Source: Dickeya solani IPO 2222
GTDB taxonomy: Bacteria; Pseudomonadota; Gammaproteobacteria; Enterobacterales; Enterobacteriaceae
Length of the DNA: 32,000 nucleotides
Direction of reading: 5' to 3'
Assembly (NCBI RefSeq): GCF_001644705.1
Contig: NZ_CP015137.1
Span: forward strand, 120,001-152,000
The notes beneath the pieces were generated by a model. That model saw nothing but the letters and a program-made list of their open reading frames with translations, was not told the origin of the DNA and ran no database searches. The number at the start of each line of letters is the position of its first letter. The stretch's first letter is position 1. Positions 1 through 7,939 of this stretch are shown here, in pieces. Position numbers and translations under genes: made by a program.

Positions 1-195
1 GCGGTTGCCGGGGGCGTTGCCGGTAACAGCATTGAAGGCGCGGTCAACCGCGTTCAGGGTGTGGAGCTGGAAATCCGTAAAGACGACGGCAGCACCATCA
101 TGGTGGTGCAAAAACAGGGCGATACCAAATTCCACGCTGGACAACGTGTGGCCATGGCCAGCAACGGCCGCGCCATCACCGTCTCTCCGCGCTAA
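1..195 (+). CDS. slyB: Outer-membrane lipoprotein SlyB, C-terminal fragment (5' end lies outside the window)
   Basis: Frame 1 reads AVAGGVAGNSIEGAVNRVQGVELEIRKDDGSTIMVVQKQGDTKFHAGQRVAMASNGRAITVSPR, followed by TAA at 193-195. This matches the SlyB C-terminus as I recall it, and the gene is convergent with slyA as in E. coli. Track ORF 5..238 is in a different frame and is not the gene. Confidence 0.85.
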   Translation, partial: AVAGGVAGNSIEGAVNRVQGVELEIRKDDGSTIMVVQKQGDTKFHAGQRVAMASNGRAITVSPR

Positions 196-206
196 GATTA
201 GATTAT

Positions 207-233
207 CAATCACCACCCATCGGGTGGTGATTG
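207..233 (+). terminator. Stem-loop downstream of slyB (possible terminator)
   Basis: CAATCACCACCC / GGGTGGTGATTG form a 12-bp inverted repeat around a short loop, 12 nt after the slyB stop. No clear T-run follows, so confidence is modest. Confidence 0.4.
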
Positions 234-284
234 TCTAATGTCATCAATTCGGCTCGATATATCCAGATAACTCTAACCACACGA

Positions 285-450
285 TATACTCGTCATACTT
301 CGCGTTGCAGGTGCGTTGGCTTTTATAGCCGGCCCATCCGTGGGCTTCGCTCCTTTGGGGCCGCGGCAAGCGGCGTACAAGGCTCGTCACTCGCCTTGCC
401 CTAAAGGGCCATGCGTTGCGTTGTTCAAAACGCGAATTATTTTGAGTATA
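285..450. repeat. ERIC (IRU) element, long form
   Basis: Left arm is TATACTCGTCATACTTCGCGTTGCAGGTGCGTTGGC. Right arm is ...TGCGTTGTTCAAAACGCGAATTATTTTGAGTATA. Both match the ERIC termini as I recall them (TATACCCGTCATACTTCAAGTTGCA... / ...GCAACTCGAATTATTTTGGGTATA), including the typical G/A asymmetry between the arms. It lies between the convergent slyB and slyA genes. A second, shorter copy is at 17519-17599. Confidence 0.7.
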
Positions 451-500
451 TGTTGTCTGGAATTCGAATTCGCCCGCCAAGACATTTACTTTTCTATTAA

Positions 501-941
501 TTAAGACTGGCTCTCATGTAATGCCAAAATGTTTTTTTCCAGCCGGGAGATAATAGTGGCCAACTCATCCACTTCCGCCGGAGTAATACCATTTAATATT
601 TCGCTGCGCGTCTGATCAATAACGTCATTAACGGCCTGAATGATAGGATCCGCCATATCTGTTAACAGAATACGCTTGGCACGCCGGTCATGGGCACAGA
701 TGTGCCGGGTAATTAACCCCTTGTCTTCAAGTTGATCCAACGTACGCACCAGCGAAGGCTGTTCTATTCCTATCGCTTTGGCAAGCTGAATTTGGGACTG
801 CCCCGGAGGCAGTTGGTGAATATTATGCAGTGTGACCCAGTGCGTCTGCGTGAGCTCCAGAGGCTTTAATCGATGGTCAATCAAAGCGCGCCATACACGA
901 ACCAACCGGGCTAAATCAGAACCTAACGGCAATTCCATCAC
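501..941 (-). CDS. slyA: MarR-family transcriptional regulator SlyA
   Basis: The 146-aa ORF reads [72 protein letters not shown]... and is near-identical to enterobacterial SlyA/RovA. The start could be either of the two adjacent Met codons (941 or 938). Confidence 0.95.
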   Translation of the reverse strand: MMELPLGSDLARLVRVWRALIDHRLKPLELTQTHWVTLHNIHQLPPGQSQIQLAKAIGIEQPSLVRTLDQLEDKGLITRHICAHDRRAKRILLTDMADPIIQAVNDVIDQTRSEILNGITPAEVDELATIISRLEKNILALHESQS

Positions 942-954
942 TTCTCCTTATAGT

Positions 955-966
955 TAGCATACTAAG
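955..966. promoter_or_regulatory. SlyA-box-like palindrome in the slyA leader (candidate autoregulatory site)
   Basis: TTAGCATACTAA matches the published SlyA consensus TTAGCAAGCTAA at 10 of 12 positions. It lies 14 nt upstream of the slyA start codon, inside a very AT-rich 170-bp upstream region. Confidence 0.45.
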
Positions 967-1111
967 CAACTTCCCTGGATTGCAATCAACTCTGATTTAA
1001 AACGAAAGTATAATAAAAAACGTCTTATTGTTATCAATCTATTCTAGCAAATAATAATTAATTAAAAATGATCTTGAACTTAATTTATATCATTAAATAT
1101 CACTATGCCGA

Positions 1112-1351
1112 TTAAAACAAGGTAGGTTGATCCGGTTCAGAAGGCACTGCGTTTTTTTCACTTCGCTGCGAACGTTTCATCCTTTGCCGGCACAAACGCA
1201 GCACATCCTGTTTTTGCGCATCACTCAGCGTCCCCCAATTAAAACGCTCGCTGCGGCTGCGAAAACAACCACGACAGAAGCCCCGGTCATCCACCTGGCA
1301 GATACCCCGGCAAGGGTTGGGAACAGGAAAAAGCTCGAGCTGCTCAGCCAC
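1112..1351 (-). CDS. ydhL: DUF1289-family Cys-rich small protein YdhL
   Basis: The 79-aa ORF reads MAEQLELFPVPNPCRGICQVDDRGFCRGCFRSRSERFNWGTLSDAQKQDVLRLCRQR... and closely resembles E. coli YdhL as recalled. It starts with GTG, preceded by a strong SD (GAGGAGG) about 4 nt upstream. Confidence 0.85.
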   Translation of the reverse strand: MAEQLELFPVPNPCRGICQVDDRGFCRGCFRSRSERFNWGTLSDAQKQDVLRLCRQRMKRSQRSEKNAVPSEPDQPTLF

Positions 1352-1502
1352 AGGACCTCCTCATCTGACCTCTTTATTGAAACCTTGATTGCCTTCACTG
1401 GCAAGCTTTCCGTAACGTTAGCGCGCAATTAACTGCCATTTTCCCGCTTATCACGTCTTTTTTTCAGCAAACGTACCTGGAAAGCGGCACCCGGCCACAG
1501 GT

Positions 1503-1532
1503 TTGGACTCCCCCCGGCAACGACGTTATACT
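1503..1532 (+). promoter_or_regulatory. Candidate sigma70 promoter for gloA
   Basis: TTGGAC (1503-1508), an 18-bp spacer, then TATACT (1527-1532), about 85 nt upstream of the gloA ATG. This is pattern match only. Confidence 0.3.
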
Positions 1533-1615
1533 CAGGCCCTGTTGTTTCAGGCGGTAACGGAGCACACCCGGTATCGGCCATGACGGTTAACCCACTGATC
1601 AAAATAGGGGTCATT

Positions 1616-2023
1616 ATGCGTTTACTTCATACCATGCTACGCGTTGGCGACCTGCAACGCGCTATCGATTTCTACACCAAGGTACTGGGCATGCGCCTGC
1701 TGCGCACCAGCGACAACCCGGAATACAAATATTCTCTGGCATTTGTCGGCTATACCGAGGAAAGCGAAGGCGCCGTGATCGAACTGACCTACAACTGGGG
1801 CGTGGAAAGCTATGAACCGGGCACCGCCTTCGGTCATATCGCCTTGGGTGTGGATGACGTAGCGGGCGCCTGCGAACGTATCCGTCAGGCCGGCGGCAAG
1901 GTTACCCGTGAAGCAGGTCCGGTCAAAGGCGGCACCACCGTTATCGCCTTTGTTGAAGACCCCGATGGTTACAAAATCGAGCTGATCGAACGCTCACAGG
2001 CCGGTCAGGGACTGGGCAACTGA
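1616..2023 (+). CDS. gloA: Lactoylglutathione lyase (glyoxalase I)
   Basis: I trimmed the track ORF 1580..2023 to the ATG at 1616 ([46 protein letters not shown]...). This gives 135 aa, the same length as E. coli GloA. An AGGGG SD lies upstream. Confidence 0.95.
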   Translation: MRLLHTMLRVGDLQRAIDFYTKVLGMRLLRTSDNPEYKYSLAFVGYTEESEGAVIELTYNWGVESYEPGTAFGHIALGVDDVAGACERIRQAGGKVTREAGPVKGGTTVIAFVEDPDGYKIELIERSQAGQGLGN

Positions 2024-2164
2024 TCATCCCGCCTTTGCTGTTCAGGTGCCGACAGGTGCCTGCCTTTCGGGGGAACGGCTATCCGCCGTCATGTACGGCT
2101 GCTGCATCCCCCGCCGGAATTTGCCATAATGCGCACTGCATGTTACTGAAGAAATAAGAAACGA

Positions 2165-2842
2165 ATGGCTGAGAAAAATAACCTGAACGCTCTGAACGCG
2201 CGTTTTCGTGGCTTTTACCCTGTTGTTATCGATGTGGAAACCGCCGGGTTCAACGCGAAAACCGATGCGCTGCTGGAAATTGCAGCCGTAACGCTGAAAA
2301 TGGATGAAAGCGGTTGGTTACAGCCGGACGACACCTTGCATTTTCACATCGAACCGTTTGAAGGCGCTATTCTGCGGCCCGAAGCGCTGGCCTTCAACGG
2401 CATCGACCCTACTAACCCGTTGCGTGGCGCAGTGAGCGAATATGAAGCGCTGCATGAAATCTTCAAGGCTGTACGCAAAGGGATCAAAGATCAGAACTGC
2501 AATCGCGGCATCATCGTGGCTCATAACGCGACCTTCGACCACAGCTTTCTGATGGCGGCGGCGGAGCGCTGCGGCCTGAAGCGTAACCCATTCCACCCTT
2601 TCGCCACCTTTGACACCGCTGCGCTCAGCGGGCTGGTTCTGGGGCAGACGGTACTGGCCAAAGCCTGTATTGCGGCGGAGATCTCGTTCGACGCCAGTCA
2701 GGCGCACTCGGCGCTCTATGATACTGAACGGACAGCACAGCTGTTTTGTGAACTGGTGAATCGCTGGAAACGTATGGGCGGCTGGCCGTTGGCGTCAGGA
2801 ACCGATACTGAAACGCCGCTGGCTGTCGGCAGTGAAGAGTAA
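2165..2842 (+). CDS. rnt: Ribonuclease T
   Basis: The 225-aa ORF contains [36 protein letters not shown]... and [23 protein letters not shown]. This is a DEDDh exonuclease that aligns with E. coli RNase T throughout. Confidence 0.95.
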   Translation: MAEKNNLNALNARFRGFYPVVIDVETAGFNAKTDALLEIAAVTLKMDESGWLQPDDTLHFHIEPFEGAILRPEALAFNGIDPTNPLRGAVSEYEALHEIFKAVRKGIKDQNCNRGIIVAHNATFDHSFLMAAAERCGLKRNPFHPFATFDTAALSGLVLGQTVLAKACIAAEISFDASQAHSALYDTERTAQLFCELVNRWKRMGGWPLASGTDTETPLAVGSEE

Positions 2843-2910
2843 GGCGGCGCGGACACCTGCGGTCGGGCAGACGCCTTGTGGTATCAAAGCACGATAATCG
2901 TCATGATTAA

Positions 2911-2943
2911 AACGGTATCAGGCAGCACCGGGCTGCCTGATAC
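2911..2943 (-). terminator. Rho-independent terminator after grxD (hairpin also faces rnt)
   Basis: GTATCAGGCAGC (2915-2926) and GCTGCCTGATAC (2932-2943) form a perfect 12-bp stem with a 5-nt loop. On the minus strand it is followed by CGTTTTAATC. Confidence 0.6.
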
Positions 2944-2950
2944 ATAGGGA

Positions 2951-3301
2951 TTACTGCTGATCTGTCTGCTCGGAACGGTACTTGTCGGCGGTGTCTTTAA
3001 TCAGTTGCTGTAGTTCGCCACGCTGGTACATCTCAATCACGATGTCACAGCCGCCAACCAATTCACCATCCACCCACAGCTGCGGGAAAGTCGGCCAGTT
3101 GGCGTATTTGGGCAACTCGGCACGGATATCCGGGTTCTGCAGAATATCCACATAGGCAAAACGCTCGCCACACGCCGACAACGCCTGTACCGCCTGGGCA
3201 GAAAAACCGCAGCTCGGCAGTTTAGGAGAACCTTTCATGTACAGCAGAATCGGGTTTTCAGCGATCTGAAGCTGAATTTTTTCAAGTGTCGTTGTCGTCA
3301 T
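2951..3301 (-). CDS. grxD: Monothiol glutaredoxin Grx4
   Basis: The 116-aa ORF carries the CGFS active-site motif (KLPSCGFSAQAV) and WPTFPQLWVDGELVGGCDI, typical of GrxD. Confidence 0.95.
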   Translation of the reverse strand: MTTTTLEKIQLQIAENPILLYMKGSPKLPSCGFSAQAVQALSACGERFAYVDILQNPDIRAELPKYANWPTFPQLWVDGELVGGCDIVIEMYQRGELQQLIKDTADKYRSEQTDQQ

Positions 3302-3386
3302 TCTATTGCTTCCTCAAGGGCGTGATGACCAGCCCATCAACGGCTGTTCATGTGACTCGCGGCATACCGTGCAGTGCCGCTTCTGT

Positions 3387-3416
3387 TGTTGCGTATTCTA
3401 ATGTTGCGTATTCTAA
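3387..3416. repeat. Perfect 15-bp tandem duplication (2 copies)
   Basis: TGTTGCGTATTCTAA occurs at 3387-3401 and repeats exactly at 3402-3416, in the grxD-mepH divergent intergenic region. Confidence 0.9.
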
Positions 3417-3647
3417 CGATAGCGACGGCCACAAAAAAACGCTATCTTTTGTAGGGTTTTATCCGGCTACCTGCCAGCCAGAACAAAACAACGCCGAATC
3501 GGCTGATAATTAAGCAGCAAGCATCGTTGTTAACGTTTTCTCACTATTTTGTAGTAACAATGCCTTATTCCCCACTTTTTTATCAGGTCATTTTCGGGAA
3601 TACTGTAAGGATTGAACGATTGAGGACAACATTCGGTCAGAATTATC

Positions 3648-4619
3648 ATGCGTTTATTTATTACGCTCTTTTTATTATTTTTCAGTAATCTGTTTTTTAA
3701 TCTGGCACAGGCTAATCCACATAGCGCTGCGGTATTACCACGCAAAACCGGCGTGGAAACGGCGAATAAAGCTATTGAGGAATCCAAAAAAAGCAAGGTT
3801 GCCAAAAATACCAAAAAGGGTACGGCGCCTACTCATGACAAAAAACCGGAAAAAACCGCCAAAACCGCGCCTGCCAAAACCACCGCCACTCATGATAAAA
3901 ACGTCAAACCGCACAATGATAAAAAGCCGGTGACAACCACGGCGTCAGCCCATGCAACCAGCAAGAAACCGACGCCGGGGAAAAGCGTGCAGGCTAAAGC
4001 GCCAGCCGGCAAAACAACGAAAAAGGACACCCCGGCACAGGCGAAAAGCGGCCATAAGGCGCATGAAACCGTTATAGCCAAAACGGCAAGCAGAAAAGGC
4101 AAACCTACCGTCGCCGACGAAGAAACCGCTACCGTATCACCACACGGTAAGGGTAAAAAAGGCAAGCAGGATAAAGCCTCGCTGACCATCAGCGCCGCTC
4201 ACCAAAAACGGTATCAGCATGCCAAACTGGCCGCTATGAATAAGCTAATGAGCCAAATCGGCAAACCCTACCACTGGGGCGGCGCTACCCCCTACTCCGG
4301 TTTCGATTGCAGCGGGCTGGTGTATTACGCTTATAAAGATGTGGTGAAGATCCCGATTCCGCGAACCGCCAATGAGATGTTCCACCTGCGTGACGCCGCG
4401 CCTATCAAGAAAAGCGAACTGGAAAGCGGCGATCTGGTGTTCTTTCGGATAACCAACCGTGGTGCCGCCGACCATGTGGGCGTCTATCTCGGCAATGGTC
4501 GCTTCATTCAGTCGCCGCGTTCCGGCGCTGACATCAAAATCAGCAAACTGAGCGAAGACTACTGGCAGGATCATTACGTCGGCGCCCGTCGCGTGGTGAC
4601 ACCGAAGACCATGCGTTAA
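3648..4619 (+). CDS. mepH: NlpC/P60 peptidoglycan DD-endopeptidase (MepH/YdhO-like) with a Lys/Thr/Pro-rich linker
   Basis: Signal peptide MRLFITLFLLFFSNLFFNLAQA. The C-terminal domain GKPYHWGGATPYSGFDCSGLVYYAYKDVVKIPIPRTANEMFHLRD...ADHVGVYLGNGRFIQSPR carries the catalytic Cys and His and aligns with E. coli MepH. Its position next to grxD is syntenic. Confidence 0.85.
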   Translation: MRLFITLFLLFFSNLFFNLAQANPHSAAVLPRKTGVETANKAIEESKKSKVAKNTKKGTAPTHDKKPEKTAKTAPAKTTATHDKNVKPHNDKKPVTTTASAHATSKKPTPGKSVQAKAPAGKTTKKDTPAQAKSGHKAHETVIAKTASRKGKPTVADEETATVSPHGKGKKGKQDKASLTISAAHQKRYQHAKLAAMNKLMSQIGKPYHWGGATPYSGFDCSGLVYYAYKDVVKIPIPRTANEMFHLRDAAPIKKSELESGDLVFFRITNRGAADHVGVYLGNGRFIQSPRSGADIKISKLSEDYWQDHYVGARRVVTPKTMR

Positions 4620-4653
4620 GCAATTTACGCCGGAATGGCTACTCAACACGACA

Positions 4654-4681
4654 AAAGGGGCATCGCGCCCCTTTCTGTTTT
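4654..4681 (+). terminator. Rho-independent terminator after mepH
   Basis: AAAGGGGC (4654-4661) pairs with GCCCCTTT (4667-4674) across a 5-nt loop, followed by CTGTTTTC. Confidence 0.6.
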
Positions 4682-4753
4682 CTAATACCCATATTTTGAC
4701 AGCAACAAATAGCCGCTGACGTTCCAGGCGCCACTAGCGCCACGCCGTCACCG

Positions 4754-4843
4754 TCAGTTCAGTACCGCGCTCAGACTAAAGATGATGATCACCGTCAGTG
4801 AAGCTACCGTGGTGAACAGCGACATTTTCAAATTGGTATCCAT
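4754..4843 (-). CDS. ynhF: 29-aa small hydrophobic membrane peptide, YnhF-like
   Basis: This ORF is absent from the track because it falls below the size cutoff. The minus strand reads GGAGAATACT-ATG GAT ACC AAT TTG AAA ATG TCG CTG TTC ACC ACG GTA GCT TCA CTG ACG GTG ATC ATC ATC TTT AGT CTG AGC GCG GTA CTG AAC TGA, which translates to MDTNLKMSLFTTVASLTVIIIFSLSAVLN. A strong SD (GGAG) is correctly spaced. The length, the M-x-T-x-L-K-x-S-L-x-T-T pattern and the position just upstream of purR all match E. coli YnhF as I recall it. Confidence 0.65.
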   Translation of the reverse strand: MDTNLKMSLFTTVASLTVIIIFSLSAVLN

Positions 4844-5153
4844 AGTATTCTCCTGTATGTGACTGATGATCGCCGTCATCCTGTCATGTCTGAATCAAAC
4901 CCCGATCCCGGCAGGTGGGGAAACGCTATAAATCATAGGTCTATTATCACCCGGCTGGCGTCAAAAAACCGGTTTCTGCGTCACAGAGATAAAACGAATT
5001 GCCTCTTCCACTTTTGCTCTAAATCGGCCAGAATCCGCAGTTTACTGTATACACTGCGTTGGTCGAAGCGTCAGCCCTCCCCTCAAGCTACACACCTCGG
5101 CATGTCTCCTCCTGAAATGTTGCCTTGTTGTCCAGCAGGAGAAGAATTCACGC

Positions 5154-5169
5154 AGGCAAACGATTAACA
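5154..5169. promoter_or_regulatory. PUR-box-like site in the purR upstream region (candidate autoregulatory operator)
   Basis: AGGCAAACGATTAACA matches the PurR consensus ACGCAAACGTTTGCGT at 10 of 16 positions. The left half-site GCAAACG is perfect and the right half is poor. E. coli purR is known to be autoregulated through operators downstream of its promoter. Confidence 0.3.
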
Positions 5170-5229
5170 ACATATTTACTGCTGTAACAGACAAGCTACT
5201 GTAACAGATGAGTTCAGGAGTCACTTTAG

Positions 5230-6255
5230 ATGGCAACGATCAAAGATGTGGCAAAACGCGCGGGCGTTTCAACCACAACCGTATCACACGTGATCAATAA
5301 AACACGTTTCGTCGCCGAAGAGACCAAGGCTGCGGTGCGCGCGGCCATCGATGAATTGCATTATTCGCCGAGTGCAGTGGCTCGCAGCCTGAAAGTCAAC
5401 CACACCAAATCCATCGGCCTGCTGGCGACATCCAGCGAAGCGCCCTATTTCGCTGAAATCATCGAAGCGGTGGAAAACAGCTGCTACGCCAGAGGCTACA
5501 CGCTGATCCTGTGCAACTCCCATAATAATCAGGACAAACAGCGCGCTTACCTTTCCATGCTGGCGCAAAAACGGGTCGACGGCCTGCTGGTGATGTGTGC
5601 CGAGTATCCGCCGGAACTGCTGTCCATGCTGGCGGATTACCGCCATATCCCGATGGTGGTGATGGACTGGGGCGAAGCCCACAACGACTTTACCGATACC
5701 ATAATCGATAACGCCTTTGCCGGCGGCTACATGGCCGGGCGTTATCTGATTGAACGCGGCCACCGCGACATCGGCGCCATTCCGGGTTCTCTGGGGCGCA
5801 ATACCGGCAGCGGGCGTTACCTGGGTTTCCTGAAAGCGTTGAGCGAAGCCGACATTCCGCTACGGGAAGAATGGGTGGTTCAGGGCGACTTCGAGCCGGA
5901 ATCCGGCTATAAGGCAATGCACCAGATTTTGGCCCAGAAACAGCGGCCGACAGCGGTATTCTGCGGCGGTGATATCATGGCGATGGGCGCCATTTGCGCC
6001 GCCGACGAACTGGGGCTGCGCGTTCCGCAGGATATTTCGGTGATCGGTTATGACAATGTACGTCACTCCCGGTATTTTACCCCGGCGTTGACCACCATTC
6101 ATCAGCCCAAGGAACGGCTGGGACAGGCGGCGTTTTCCATGTTGCTCGATCGCATCACCAGCAAACGCGAAGAAGCCCAGACCATTGAAGTCCATCCGAC
6201 CCTGATCGAACGCCGCTCCGTCGCCGACGGCCCGTTCCTCGATTACCGTCGTTAA
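5230..6255 (+). CDS. purR: Purine repressor PurR (LacI family)
   Basis: The 341-aa ORF begins [82 protein letters not shown]... and ends ...[15 protein letters not shown]. It is collinear with E. coli PurR. An AGGAG SD lies upstream. Confidence 0.97.
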   Translation: MATIKDVAKRAGVSTTTVSHVINKTRFVAEETKAAVRAAIDELHYSPSAVARSLKVNHTKSIGLLATSSEAPYFAEIIEAVENSCYARGYTLILCNSHNNQDKQRAYLSMLAQKRVDGLLVMCAEYPPELLSMLADYRHIPMVVMDWGEAHNDFTDTIIDNAFAGGYMAGRYLIERGHRDIGAIPGSLGRNTGSGRYLGFLKALSEADIPLREEWVVQGDFEPESGYKAMHQILAQKQRPTAVFCGGDIMAMGAICAADELGLRVPQDISVIGYDNVRHSRYFTPALTTIHQPKERLGQAAFSMLLDRITSKREEAQTIEVHPTLIERRSVADGPFLDYRR

Positions 6256-6362
6256 AATCCAGACGATTCTGTTATCTCTGCCTGGCTGTTGAATCACGCT
6301 GCATACCGCGCCACACATGGCGACGACGCGCGCTATCACTGCTGAGCACATGGCTTAACGTG

Positions 6363-6403
6363 CTGCTTTAACCCAATGAATTCTTGTCGTCGGGTTAAAG
6401 CAG
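6363..6403. repeat. 12-bp-arm inverted repeat in the purR-cfa spacer
   Basis: CTGCTTTAACCC (6363-6374) and GGGTTAAAGCAG (6392-6403) are perfectly complementary and are separated by a 17-nt loop. Neither side has a T-run. Function is unknown. Confidence 0.5.
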
Positions 6404-6675
6404 TCATACACTTGTCACTGTCCTTATCGACAATAATCATGATCAGACGATGTTTTCGACATCATGCATCGCCTTACTTTTCTATCCTGCCTGTTGACCG
6501 CTTCACCTTTTTGTTACGGCCAGGGATAGATGCCTTTCGTACCGGCTTTTCTCTTATTTTCCTCTGAGACGTTCAGGGGTAGACGATGGATTGGGTCCAC
6601 CGAATGCCCTCCATGGGTACATTTGTCTAATGTTTTTCCTTGCAAAGGCATTTTCCGGCAAGGTAGGGAGAAGTT

Positions 6676-7827
6676 ATGAGTTCATCTTATGTGGAGGAAC
6701 TGGGTACACCTAACCTATCCTGGTTCCAGATTGTTAATGAAATGCTGTCAGCCGCCGACATCGCCATTAACGGTTCGCGCCCGTTTGATATTCAGGTAAA
6801 AAATCCCGACATGTACAGGCGCGTGCTGCGCGAAGGCTCGTTGGGGTTGGGCGAAAGTTATATGGATGGCTGGTGGGAGTGTGAACGGCTGGACATGTTT
6901 TTCCACCGCGTGCTACGCGCCGGGCTGGAAAACCAGCTACCGCACCGCTGGCGCGATACACTGCGGATCCTGATGGCGCGGCTGACCAACCTGCAGTCCC
7001 GCCGTCGGGCCTGGATCGTGGGCAAGGAGCATTACGACCTCGGTAATGATCTTTTCACCCTGATGCTCGACCCCTACATGCAGTACTCCTGCGGTTACTG
7101 GAAACAGGCCGAAACTCTGGAACAGGCACAGCAAGACAAACTGCGCTTGATCTGCGAAAAACTGCAGCTGCGCCGCGGCATGACCCTGCTGGATATCGGC
7201 TGCGGCTGGGGTGGGCTGGCTGAGTTCGCCGCACGCCACTATGGCGTTGCCGTCACCGGCGTGACCATCTCCCGCGAGCAGCAGAAACTGGCGCAGCAGC
7301 GCTGCCGTGATCTGGACGTGAACATCCTGCTGCAGGACTATCGCGACCTGAACCGGCAGTTTGACTGCATCGTTTCCGTCGGCATGTTCGAGCATGTCGG
7401 CCCGAAAAACTATGATGACTATTTCAGGGTGGTGAGAAAAAACCTCAAACCCACTGGTCTGTTCCTGTTGCACACCATCGGAGCGAATGAAACCAACCTC
7501 AAAGTAGACGCCTGGATCGACAAGTACATTTTCCCCAACGGCTGTCTGCCCTCAGTGCAGCATGTCGCCCAAGCCAGCGAACCCTATCTGGTGATGGAAG
7601 ACTGGCACAATTTTGGCACTGACTATGACCGCACGCTGATGGCCTGGCATGACCGCTTCCAGCAGCACTGGTCAAGCCTGTCGGAACATTACTCCGATCG
7701 CTTCCAGCGGATGTTCAGCTACTACCTCAACGCCTGCGCCGGTGCATTTCGCGCACGCGACATGCACCTCTGGCAGGTGTTATTCAGCGTGGGTGGTGTA
7801 GAAGGCGGTTTGCGAGTCCCCAGATAA
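6676..7827 (+). CDS. cfa: Cyclopropane-fatty-acyl-phospholipid synthase
   Basis: The 383-aa ORF contains SLGLGESYMDGWWECERLDMFFHRVLRAGLENQLPH, the SAM-binding motif LLDIGCGWGGLA, and YLNACAGAFRARDMHLWQVLFS. It aligns with E. coli Cfa. A GGGAG SD lies upstream. Confidence 0.95.
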   Translation: MSSSYVEELGTPNLSWFQIVNEMLSAADIAINGSRPFDIQVKNPDMYRRVLREGSLGLGESYMDGWWECERLDMFFHRVLRAGLENQLPHRWRDTLRILMARLTNLQSRRRAWIVGKEHYDLGNDLFTLMLDPYMQYSCGYWKQAETLEQAQQDKLRLICEKLQLRRGMTLLDIGCGWGGLAEFAARHYGVAVTGVTISREQQKLAQQRCRDLDVNILLQDYRDLNRQFDCIVSVGMFEHVGPKNYDDYFRVVRKNLKPTGLFLLHTIGANETNLKVDAWIDKYIFPNGCLPSVQHVAQASEPYLVMEDWHNFGTDYDRTLMAWHDRFQQHWSSLSEHYSDRFQRMFSYYLNACAGAFRARDMHLWQVLFSVGGVEGGLRVPR

Positions 7828-7864
7828 TCATTTGGTATCCGGCGAATGTCGCCATCTTGATAGC

Positions 7865-7895
7865 AAAAAAAACCGGCAGTCAGACTGCCGGTTTT
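7865..7895. terminator. Bidirectional rho-independent terminator between convergent cfa and ribC
   Basis: AAAAAAAA-CCGGCAG-TCAGA-CTGCCGG-TTTT. The stem is flanked by an A-run on one side and a T-run on the other. Confidence 0.7.
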
Positions 7896-7939
7896 CATTA
7901 TAGAGAGGTAAAGGGTCTGCAATGGCAGTAGGTAATGGC

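Noticed and set aside
5-238. Track ORF (77 aa, + strand) at the window start
   Set aside because: It is in the wrong frame. Frame 1 (1-195) gives a clean SlyB C-terminus, whereas this ORF's translation has no recognisable features.
244-504. Two overlapping track ORFs (78 aa on the minus strand, 62 aa on the plus strand) between slyB and slyA
   Set aside because: Both lie inside or across the ERIC palindrome, have no SD and show odd composition. Non-coding repeats typically generate such ORFs.
3530-3814. 94-aa minus-strand ORF overlapping the mepH 5' end
   Set aside because: It overlaps the mepH signal-peptide region antisense, lies in an AT-rich segment, and has no SD or recognisable domain.
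3720-4200. Lys/Thr/Pro/Ala-rich low-complexity region with repeated THDK-like motifs in the NlpC/P60 protein, considered as an unusual insertion
   Set aside because: E. coli MepH, as I recall it, also has a long Lys/Ser/Thr-rich N-terminal linker before the catalytic domain. This looks like a family-typical feature rather than a novelty.
4859-5167. 102-aa plus-strand ORF upstream of purR
   Set aside because: It has an alternative start codon, no SD and an implausible composition. It occupies the purR promoter and leader region, where E. coli has non-coding DNA and ynhF.
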